NCBI GenBank assembly: GCA_963704755.1
Contig: OY969938.1
Coordinates: 960,001 to 992,000, forward strand
DNA: 32,000 nt
Direction of reading: 5' to 3'
Source of the DNA: an uncultured Chloroflexia bacterium
GTDB taxonomy: Bacteria > Chloroflexota > Anaerolineae > Anaerolineales > Anaerolineaceae
In this document: piece after piece, positions 24,511 through 31,794 of the stretch
Position numbering within the stretch: position 1 is the stretch's first letter
How the letters are laid out: the number at the start of each line of letters is the position of its first letter
Notes under the pieces: model-generated
Databases searched by the model: none
What the model was told of the DNA's origin: nothing
The model's input: the letters and a program-made list of their open reading frames with translations, nothing else
Translations under genes and position numbers: made by a program

Positions 24511-27090
24511 TTAGGCCGGCGTTATTACTTCTCTGACCTTGACTTTTTCAACGACTCTTTGATACACATTAATATCGTGTTCGGGTGCAATCTCAAAAGT
24601 GGCCAAGATCGCATACGGTATTGCATTACTAAAGTCATTGGCATCTGCTCGACAATTAACTTTTATGCCAAGAATATCATCCTCACCCCAGACAACTGCT
24701 CCGTCTCCAGCAAAGCGTTCATGCTGCAATGTTCCACGAGCAACTGCCTTATCATCGGCGTCTACCCTTGAAAGCCCGAGGTTTTTCCCGTACTCCTCAC
24801 ATGTGAACCACAGCTGTGCAGATCGATACTTTTGTGTTGTTGGTCGTATTGGAGTAAATGATGCCAAAGTAATGGTTAAGCATCTATACATCTGTTTCGC
24901 AGAGAAATTGAATGGTAATGGAAGCGTGTATAAGCAAGCCTTATCTTGAGATAGCTCTCCATAACCTATAAGTGTCACTCTGTTTTTTGCCCACTCTTTG
25001 ATTCGAGAAATATTTGGTATTCCATACCCTAACCATCTATGAATCTGATCTGCCCCGCGTCCTGGTAAACCGGTTTCACTACAAATAAGCTGTGCAACAG
25101 AATTCCATTCCGCACCATGAACAAGCATAGCTTTAAGAAGCAAGGCAGAATATTCTGGAGGTACATCTATTCCGATCTCATCATGAAAGACTTCATTTAA
25201 GGCATCGTAACAAGATGCCGCTTCATGAGAAATCAAAGCAGCGGCATCACTTGTTCCGAATGAATATCCGACGAAATTGGTCATACCTGCAAGGGCGCGT
25301 GGCTTAGCAGACAATATCCCAGGAGGATAAACGCTTGTTCCATCTCTCCACCTCGCGCTATTTGGAGTACCTAAATTTTCGAACAGCACGCTTCTTCCAC
25401 CAGAATATATAATATCTGGCTTGATTGAATTGTTAATGCCGCGTCCCATAGAGCTAATAGGGCTTGGCATCACGTTGGAACAGGGTAACAATTGCCTTGG
25501 ATTCTCTGCCCATACACTTTCATCTGTAAAAAGGGATCCAACTGTTAATGCGTTTATACTTTCAGCGGGGGATAACAACCTTAGGTTTCTCGTATTTTTA
25601 TTAAGAAGCCGAATCATCCTTGCATCTCTCTGCTCTATAGAAAGAGCTTTATAGGCGTCGAATGAGACACCGAGATCAATATCCTCAGGATGATTACCAG
25701 CACTTACAATAAACAATACGCTATATTTGAAACTTAACCAGTCCAGCAATTTTGCAAGAGGACTAATCATATTGTAATACATCCGCGCCCCGATGCCGAT
25801 TGAAAGATTTATCACGCGAACACTTGCTGCCACTTGACCAGCTTCCGATTCATACAATCGCCTAACAGCCTCATGAATTTTATCTACTAGGAGAATATCA
25901 TCTGGTATATACTCTCTTGTTCCTTGGAGGTTTGGATAGGGTTTCATAATCGGACGAACATATATTTTATGAGTAGGCAGCGATTCTATATCATCAGATA
26001 AATCTCCACGAGTAATCAATGAAGCCATTGATGTACCGTGCTGGCGATCGGTAATCTGATACGACGAAGTAAAATTATCAGGATCGTCTATTGTTAAAAG
26101 CCCATTTAATAATGGATGGCGTTCTTGTGGAAGTCCGTCAAAAAGCGCAATGATGGGCTCTTCGGCAATATTCTCTGGCTCACTAAAAGCTTTTTCATAA
26201 GGAAGGCCATCCTCAGTTCCAAAAACAATTGATTGACCTGTTGGTTTAAAAAACATAATCTGGTCTAACAAAACTAATTCAACATTTTCTTTTTGTATTA
26301 TTCTTTCAGCATATTGCCGAGGAATAGATGCTAGCAACGCATGATATCCAATTGTTTCAATACAAGATGACGTAATTACTCTTCCACCAATTCCCTGTAT
26401 ATATTCGATTATTCTGGTTTGAGATTGCGTTCGTTTCTCCGGAGATTGTCTAAAGAATAATTCAATCTCGCATTTTACGTCTGCAATTTCCGGACTACGT
26501 AGGTCTTCTTCCCATGTTCGGAGTATATCTGTTTCTTCCAGACGTTCTTTTACGCCCCAAAAATGGATATCTTTCAATGTTTTAAATACATTTCGCAAAC
26601 CGCCTTTGCCACGCGGGAAAGCACAATTCTCGTCCTGTTGAAACATTTGCCAGAGAGAAAGTATTTCTCCAAGTGCTCGCTGATTGGTTAGTATACAGAA
26701 ATACCTAAAGCTCATCGCTTTAGTGTTATCGCGTTCATTATTCTTGATACGATAAAAATCATCACTGTTTAGCACGTTGTCGTCAACAACTTCAAAGAGC
26801 CATTCAATGCTACCAGTATCTGCATTTAGATTTCTGACTGCCGTTTCAAAGCCACTTGGATCTTCAGCTACTTCAAGTACAAGTGTATACTCTGGTTCAA
26901 TACCATTAGGATTTTGCGCAATTCTGACTCTATTATTATCGAACGCTTGTTTTAGTATGTCAAATACGGGGGAAAGACGCTCTACCTGCCTTTGATGAGA
27001 TGGGTGATAAACCTCCTTGCGGCCACCATAGCGTCGCGCTTTGCTAACAGGAATTGGATCAGCAAAAAGGATTAAAGGGTTTTCAGCCAT
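24511..27090 (-). CDS. Cytoplasmic S8 (subtilase) family serine protease with large N- and C-terminal extensions (IetS-like by architecture)
   Basis: 859 aa. Catalytic motifs in subtilase order: D318 (IIALFDGLP), H351 (HGTSMASLI), N466 (VSAGN), S614 (FGTSDAAALISH). No signal peptide (MAENPLILFADPIP...). The ATG overlaps the ATPase stop by 8 nt. Confidence 0.85.
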   Translation of the reverse strand: MAENPLILFADPIPVSKARRYGGRKEVYHPSHQRQVERLSPVFDILKQAFDNNRVRIAQNPNGIEPEYTLVLEVAEDPSGFETAVRNLNADTGSIEWLFEVVDDNVLNSDDFYRIKNNERDNTKAMSFRYFCILTNQRALGEILSLWQMFQQDENCAFPRGKGGLRNVFKTLKDIHFWGVKERLEETDILRTWEEDLRSPEIADVKCEIELFFRQSPEKRTQSQTRIIEYIQGIGGRVITSSCIETIGYHALLASIPRQYAERIIQKENVELVLLDQIMFFKPTGQSIVFGTEDGLPYEKAFSEPENIAEEPIIALFDGLPQERHPLLNGLLTIDDPDNFTSSYQITDRQHGTSMASLITRGDLSDDIESLPTHKIYVRPIMKPYPNLQGTREYIPDDILLVDKIHEAVRRLYESEAGQVAASVRVINLSIGIGARMYYNMISPLAKLLDWLSFKYSVLFIVSAGNHPEDIDLGVSFDAYKALSIEQRDARMIRLLNKNTRNLRLLSPAESINALTVGSLFTDESVWAENPRQLLPCSNVMPSPISSMGRGINNSIKPDIIYSGGRSVLFENLGTPNSARWRDGTSVYPPGILSAKPRALAGMTNFVGYSFGTSDAAALISHEAASCYDALNEVFHDEIGIDVPPEYSALLLKAMLVHGAEWNSVAQLICSETGLPGRGADQIHRWLGYGIPNISRIKEWAKNRVTLIGYGELSQDKACLYTLPLPFNFSAKQMYRCLTITLASFTPIRPTTQKYRSAQLWFTCEEYGKNLGLSRVDADDKAVARGTLQHERFAGDGAVVWGEDDILGIKVNCRADANDFSNAIPYAILATFEIAPEHDINVYQRVVEKVKVREVITPA

Positions 27091-28096
27091 TATCTAATTC
27101 TGCCTCCTCAGAATTTGTTTCAGTGATTACTTGATGGGAATGTAATTTAAGCTGAGTTAATGTTATTGGTTTTGTACTCTCGCAAGGCGAGTGAAGAATA
27201 AACTGTCGATAAACTGATAGTGCAAATTCCTCAGCCTCGGCATAGCTCCTTCCAAGTAGCTTTTTGGCAAGAGTAGTAGATTCTAAACCAAATTTGAAGT
27301 TTGTTCGCTTTTCAAAATTAGAAAACCACAGTTCAAGATCTCGCCGACTAGGTCTGTCTAGCTCTAATTTGATTTGAAAACGTCTCCAGGCTGCTTGATC
27401 CAACAGAGTTTCATGGTTTGTTGCGGCAACCACAACGACGTAGCTTGGTAAAGCATCTATTTGTAATAAGAGCGAACTTACAACTCGCTTGATTTCACCT
27501 GTTTCATGTTGATCTCCACGTTCTTTTCCCAGCGTCTCGAATTCGTCAAAGAACAGTACACATTGCCTCGTTTTCACATATTCAAATAGTTTTGCAAGCT
27601 TTGAAGCGGTTTCTCCCAAATAGGCACCAATAATAGTCTCATATTTAACAACATATAGTGGTACCATAAGTGAAGTTGCAATAGCTTCTGCCAAAGACGT
27701 TTTACCATTCCCAGGGGGACCAACTAAGAGAATTTTGTTTCTTGGCTCAACACCATATGAACGCAACAGGTCAGCTCGCATTTGCTCTTCTATTAATTCA
27801 TTACACGACTGTTTGGTTACCTCGGATAAAAAGAGTTGATCAAGACGTCTTTCTGGAATCACTTTCTGAAATAGGTTCATTCCATTTCCATTAATGGAAA
27901 ACGTCTGTAAAGGCACCTCCCTTCGCTGCGCTTGATTATTCGTTGTACTAAGAATTTCTTCAATTTTCTTAGCCAACACTTCGTGTTGCTTAGCTCTTTC
28001 CTCAACACAAATTGCTTCAGCAGCTTTACGAAAGCCCTGATCATCACCTGTTGTACCACTTTTTATTAAATCACAAAGCAAATCGGCTCTTGCCAT
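27083..28096 (-). CDS. Classic-clade AAA+ ATPase (IetA-like by architecture)
   Basis: 337 aa. GGAGGAG RBS 6 nt upstream. Walker A GPPGNGKTS (aa 126-134), Walker B VLFFDEFE (180-187), second region of homology VVVAATNHETLLDQAAWRRF (sensor-1 N227, R238/R239). ~110-aa helical N-terminal domain. Confidence 0.9.
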   Translation of the reverse strand: MARADLLCDLIKSGTTGDDQGFRKAAEAICVEERAKQHEVLAKKIEEILSTTNNQAQRREVPLQTFSINGNGMNLFQKVIPERRLDQLFLSEVTKQSCNELIEEQMRADLLRSYGVEPRNKILLVGPPGNGKTSLAEAIATSLMVPLYVVKYETIIGAYLGETASKLAKLFEYVKTRQCVLFFDEFETLGKERGDQHETGEIKRVVSSLLLQIDALPSYVVVVAATNHETLLDQAAWRRFQIKLELDRPSRRDLELWFSNFEKRTNFKFGLESTTLAKKLLGRSYAEAEEFALSVYRQFILHSPCESTKPITLTQLKLHSHQVITETNSEEAELDNG

Positions 28097-28135
28097 AGTA
28101 ACTCCTCCAATTCTTTATTTGGCTTTATTGAGAAT

Positions 28136-28342
28136 TCAGAGGCGTTTAAGCACATCTTCATCAATAAAATTGCTTTCGCAAAAATCATAAAAAGTTTTCT
28201 GCGCAAGGTTGCTGGGAGTAACTTTCGAATTCTCCCATCGGTTTATAGTCGCAAAACTCACACTAAGAGCATTCGCGAGTTGTTTCTGGCTTAATCTCAA
28301 TTGCTCACGAACATATTTTAACTTGTTTTGCGAATTCCACAA
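28136..28342 (-). CDS. XRE-family helix-turn-helix transcriptional regulator
   Basis: KLKYVREQLRLSQKQLANALSVSFATINRWENSKVTPS is a canonical Cro/C1-type HTH. I place the start at TTG 28342 (GGAG 5 nt upstream, 68 aa), because the best promoter's -10 box overlaps the upstream ATG at 28375. The track start is TTG 28393. Confidence 0.7.
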   Translation of the reverse strand: MWNSQNKLKYVREQLRLSQKQLANALSVSFATINRWENSKVTPSNLAQKTFYDFCESNFIDEDVLKRL

Positions 28343-28370
28343 TCCTACTCCACATAACAAATGATATACA

Positions 28371-28398
28371 ATCATAGCACATGTTATATACAAGTCAA
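28371..28398 (-). promoter_or_regulatory. Sigma70-like promoter of the XRE/ATPase/protease operon (TTGACT - 16 nt - TATGAT) with flanking TTGTATAT direct repeats
   Basis: On the - strand: TTGACT (28398-28393), 16-nt spacer, TATGAT (28376-28371). The octamer TTGTATAT occurs at 28393-28386 and 28371-28364, 22 bp apart. Confidence 0.5.
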
Positions 28399-28655
28399 TG
28401 GATACGGTTAGGGAAAAAGGTAAATATGTTCTTCTACCACTGGCACAATTGTGGGTGCTCTCTGCACCATACTTACTACGCTTTCCGGAATGAAAGCGAC
28501 TGGCGCTAGATTTTGATCTTCGCTTTTAAAATTACAAAAAGCAGTTCATGTTTTCCCCAAAAGCGTCCTTGGTTGTGGCATTCCAAAACTTTAATTCAAG
28601 ATTGCTTATATGAAATTCTTTTTTTGTCGCTAATATAACGCCCTTCGTTTTTTTC

Positions 28656-28703
28656 GATTTTCATAAGCTCCTTTTCAATATGAAAAAGGAACTTATGAAA
28701 ATC
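28656..28703. repeat. Near-perfect inverted repeat (19 of 20 positions paired, 8-nt loop)
   Basis: GATTTTCATAAGCTCCTTTT ... AAAAGGAACTTATGAAAATC. Lies in the AT-rich right flank of the island. Confidence 0.85.
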
Positions 28704-28861
28704 AGGTAGCGAACCCTAATCATTGATTTATAGGGCTTTTCTGATTTGTCATAATAATTCTGTGTGGCAATACTGTACCATTCCATTTTTCTCGTTTACA
28801 TACTTTTTCTCCTCCTTATTTCCTCATTATCTGATCCACTATTCCCCCTTCCCCACCTTCC

Positions 28862-28890
28862 TTGACAAAAATCCGAAAAGCGCCTATTAT
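28862..28890 (+). promoter_or_regulatory. Sigma70-like promoter of the LacI-family gene (TTGACA - 17 nt - TATTAT)
   Basis: TTGACA 28862-28867, 17-nt spacer, TATTAT 28885-28890. Confidence 0.55.
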
Positions 28891-28904
28891 GTTCACGTGT
28901 GCAT
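28889..28904. promoter_or_regulatory. Candidate LacI-family operator (imperfect 16-bp palindrome ATGTTCACGTGTGCAT, central CG)
   Basis: Overlaps the -10 box and predicted transcription start of the LacI-family gene. Shares the 10-mer CACGTGTGCA with the palindrome at 30079-30092. Confidence 0.45.
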
Positions 28905-28933
28905 GAAAACTAGCCATTTTTCGGGCTGCTCCC

Positions 28934-29971
28934 ATGAATAAGTCCGTTTCGATCCAGGATATCGCCGAAATTGCCGGTGTTTCACATACCACCGTCTCAC
29001 GGGCATTGCACGATAGCAGCCTGATCAGCTCCGAAACCCGCGAGCAAATCAAGCAGATCGCCAGCGATATGGGCTACATTCCCAATGCACTGGCGCAATC
29101 GCTGCGCGGCCAGCGGACCAACACCATCGGCCTGGTGGTCACCACCATTGCCGATCCTTTCGTCGATCGCGTCGTGCGTGGGATCGAAGACATCGCCCAA
29201 AAGTTCAACCTGAACGTATTTTTGAGCGAATTGAAAAACGACCCGGAACACGAATTGAGCCTGATCGAAATGTTTCAACGCCGCCGGGTGGACGGCTTGA
29301 TTGTCGCGGCTGCCCGCCTGGATGCGAATTACGAAAAAAGGATCGCTCACGCCAACGTCCCCACGGTAATCATCAACCAGCAGGCCGAGTCCGGCTTGAA
29401 GCTGCTGCACACCGTTCAGATCGATGATTACTCAGGCGCCCACATGGCGGTCCAGCACTGCGTCGATTTGGGCCACAAGCGTATCGGCTACCTGGGCGCC
29501 GGCAACCGCCCGCGCTCGAACCGCATCCGCTTCCAGGCCTATCAAGACGTGCTGGCCAATGCGGGTATCCCTTACCGGGAAGAGTTTGTCCGCATCGCTC
29601 CACCCGAGCATAAATACCATTCCGACGATGTCACCGATGGTTATGCCCTGCTGCTCTCCTTGCTGGACGAAGAAGTCAGCGCAATATTCTGCTACAACGA
29701 TATGATCGCCATCGGAGCCCTGATGGCCAGCCGTTCGGCCGGCGTCCCCGTCCCCGAGCGTCTCAGCCTGGTCGGGTTCGACGATATCGAAATGGGCCAA
29801 TATGTAACACCATCCCTGACCACCGTACACCAGCCCAAGTTCCGCCTGGGCCAGGTGGCCATCGGGATGCTGATCGACTTATTGGAAAACCGACCGGTAA
29901 AAGATTCGATATTGCCCACCCAACTGATCCTCCGCGGAACCACCGCCCCCCTGGGAGGTGTACCGGCTTGA
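28934..29971 (+). CDS. LacI/GalR-family transcriptional repressor
   Basis: 345 aa. N-terminal HTH SIQDIAEIAGVSHTTVSRALH. Periplasmic-binding-protein-like sugar-binding core (GLVVTTIADPF, FCYNDMIAIGAL, VGFDD). Confidence 0.9.
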   Translation: MNKSVSIQDIAEIAGVSHTTVSRALHDSSLISSETREQIKQIASDMGYIPNALAQSLRGQRTNTIGLVVTTIADPFVDRVVRGIEDIAQKFNLNVFLSELKNDPEHELSLIEMFQRRRVDGLIVAAARLDANYEKRIAHANVPTVIINQQAESGLKLLHTVQIDDYSGAHMAVQHCVDLGHKRIGYLGAGNRPRSNRIRFQAYQDVLANAGIPYREEFVRIAPPEHKYHSDDVTDGYALLLSLLDEEVSAIFCYNDMIAIGALMASRSAGVPVPERLSLVGFDDIEMGQYVTPSLTTVHQPKFRLGQVAIGMLIDLLENRPVKDSILPTQLILRGTTAPLGGVPA

Positions 29972-30078
29972 ATCACATCAGCCAGCCCGAACGATCGATT
30001 TCGACAAACTAAAGCGAGATAGAACCTGGAATATTTCTTTTCCGGGGATTGTGTCTGCATGAGGATAGACACACTCAA

Positions 30079-30092
30079 TGCACACGTGTGCA
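30079..30092. promoter_or_regulatory. Candidate LacI-family operator (perfect 14-bp palindrome TGCACACGTGTGCA)
   Basis: Read directly. Central CG. Located 62 nt upstream of the ABC ATPase ATG. Confidence 0.5.
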
Positions 30093-30153
30093 GGATTGGA
30101 TTGAATTGAACCGCAGAACCGGAACCACCCCACTGGACGCCCCTACCCTTACC

Positions 30154-31794
30154 ATGGACGAAACCCAATTAACCAGCCCCGCCGGTGAAGACCCCACAAC
30201 CCTGGGCGAGCGCGATTTTTCATCTGCTCGGCAATCACCCGTGCTGCTGAAACTGAAAGGGATTTCCAAATCCTTCCCAGGGGTGCGTGCATTGAGCAAT
30301 GTCCACCTGGAAATCCGCCGGGGTGAGGTGCATGCGTTATTGGGCGAAAACGGCGCCGGTAAATCCACCCTGATGAAAATTTTAGCCGGGGCCTACAACC
30401 GCGACGACGGGCAAATCTACTGGGACGGGCAGCTTACCGAAATTCCCAATCCCAAAGCTGCGCAAGACCTGGGCATCGCCATTATTTACCAGGAATTCAA
30501 CCTGGTGCCCCAGCTCAGCATTGCCGAAAATGTATGGATTGGCCGCGAACGTTTCAGCCACAAGGCCCTGCGCCTGATTGACTGGCCGGCTACATACGAG
30601 CAGACCCAGAAACTGCTGGACGAACTCGACCTGGATTTGGACCCAAAGCGGCCTGTCTCAGGCCTGGGGGTCGCTATGCAGCAAATGGTCGAGATCGCCA
30701 AAGCCCTTTCCCTCAACGCCCGTCTGCTGATCATGGATGAACCCACCAGCGCGCTAGCCGATCACGAAATCGAGCAGTTATTTGCAATCATCCGCAAACT
30801 AAAAGCCCGCGGGGTTTCAGTCATCTTCATTTCGCACCACCTGGAAGAGGTCTTCCGGATTTGCGACCGGGGTACCGTGCTGCGCGACGGCGAATTTATA
30901 AAAACTGTCGATTTGGCCAACTCCAACCGTGAAGAATTGATCCAGCTCATGGTTGGCCGCAGCCTGGAGCAGCAATTTCCTAAAGTCCTCCCCAACCGGG
31001 GGCAAGAAGCCCTGCGAGTAGAAAACCTGAGCTGGCAGAACATCTTGCACGACATCAGCTTTTCGGCCTACACCGGTGAGATTTTGGGCTTCGCCGGCTT
31101 GATCGGCGCCGGCCGGACCGAGCTGATGAAAGCCATCTTTGGGGATTACCAGCCGGATTACGGGAAAATATTTATCTTCGGCCGCGAGACCAAAATCGGT
31201 TCGCCCGAAGCCGCGATCAAAGAAGGTATCGGTTTGCTGCCTGAAGACCGCAAACAGGAAGGCCTGGTCCTGCTCCTGTCCGTCCTGGAGAACATCAGCA
31301 TGGCCAGCCTGGGGCGTGTAAAAGGCAGAGGCGGCCTGCTCAATTTAAAAACCGAAAAAGTTGAAGTGGGCGACTATATCGACCGCCTGCGAATCAATAC
31401 CCCAGGAATTTATCAACAAGTGCAATATTTGAGCGGGGGCAATCAACAAAAAGTCGTTTTGGCCAAGTGGCTGGCCAGCCATTCACGTATTTTGATTTTC
31501 GACGAGCCGACCCGCGGGATCGATGTCGGCGCCAAAATAGAAGTCTATACCCTGATGAACAGCCTGGTCCAAAATGGTGTGGCAGTAATCATGGTTTCGT
31601 CTGAAATGCCAGAGGTCCTGGGCATGAGCGACCGGATCCTGGTCATGCACGAAGGCCGCCTCAGCGCGGAGTTTACCCGCGAAGAAGCGACTCAGGAAAA
31701 AGTTCTTGCAGCAGCAATGGGAGAAATTTTAAGATGGCCAGAATTCAAGCTACCATGGATGACGTCAAGTCCCGGCTACCTTTTTCAGGCATAG
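30154..31794 (+). CDS. Sugar ABC transporter ATP-binding protein, duplicated ABC domains (RbsA/MglA/XylG type)
   Basis: Two ABC cassettes. Walker A GENGAGKST. Walker B LLIMDEPTSAL and ILIFDEPTRGID. Signature LSGGNQQK in the second half. ATG 30154 is preferred over the track's TTG 30049. Confidence 0.9.
   Translation: MDETQLTSPAGEDPTTLGERDFSSARQSPVLLKLKGISKSFPGVRALSNVHLEIRRGEVHALLGENGAGKSTLMKILAGAYNRDDGQIYWDGQLTEIPNPKAAQDLGIAIIYQEFNLVPQLSIAENVWIGRERFSHKALRLIDWPATYEQTQKLLDELDLDLDPKRPVSGLGVAMQQMVEIAKALSLNARLLIMDEPTSALADHEIEQLFAIIRKLKARGVSVIFISHHLEEVFRICDRGTVLRDGEFIKTVDLANSNREELIQLMVGRSLEQQFPKVLPNRGQEALRVENLSWQNILHDISFSAYTGEILGFAGLIGAGRTELMKAIFGDYQPDYGKIFIFGRETKIGSPEAAIKEGIGLLPEDRKQEGLVLLLSVLENISMASLGRVKGRGGLLNLKTEKVEVGDYIDRLRINTPGIYQQVQYLSGGNQQKVVLAKWLASHSRILIFDEPTRGIDVGAKIEVYTLMNSLVQNGVAVIMVSSEMPEVLGMSDRILVMHEGRLSAEFTREEATQEKVLAAAMGEILRWPEFKLPWMTSSPGYLFQA

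Larger units (their letters stand above)
24040..28860. other. Low-GC insert (putative horizontally acquired island) carrying the XRE / AAA+ / S8 cassette
   Basis: Hand counts of sampled 60-nt lines give 35-42% GC inside (e.g. lines 25081, 26401) versus ~70% in line 23641. AT-rich codon usage in the three genes. Edges are approximate. Confidence 0.75.

Noticed and set aside
24040-28860. Calling the low-GC insert a prophage, integrative element or IS
   Set aside because: I could recognise no integrase, transposase, phage structural gene, tRNA target or flanking direct repeats. Only compositional evidence supports horizontal origin.
28723-29052. 72-aa (+) and 78-aa (-) ORFs at the island / LacI junction
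   Set aside because: The first runs through the LacI-gene promoter with a Phe/Ser/Tyr-rich low-complexity translation. The second is antisense to the LacI HTH region.
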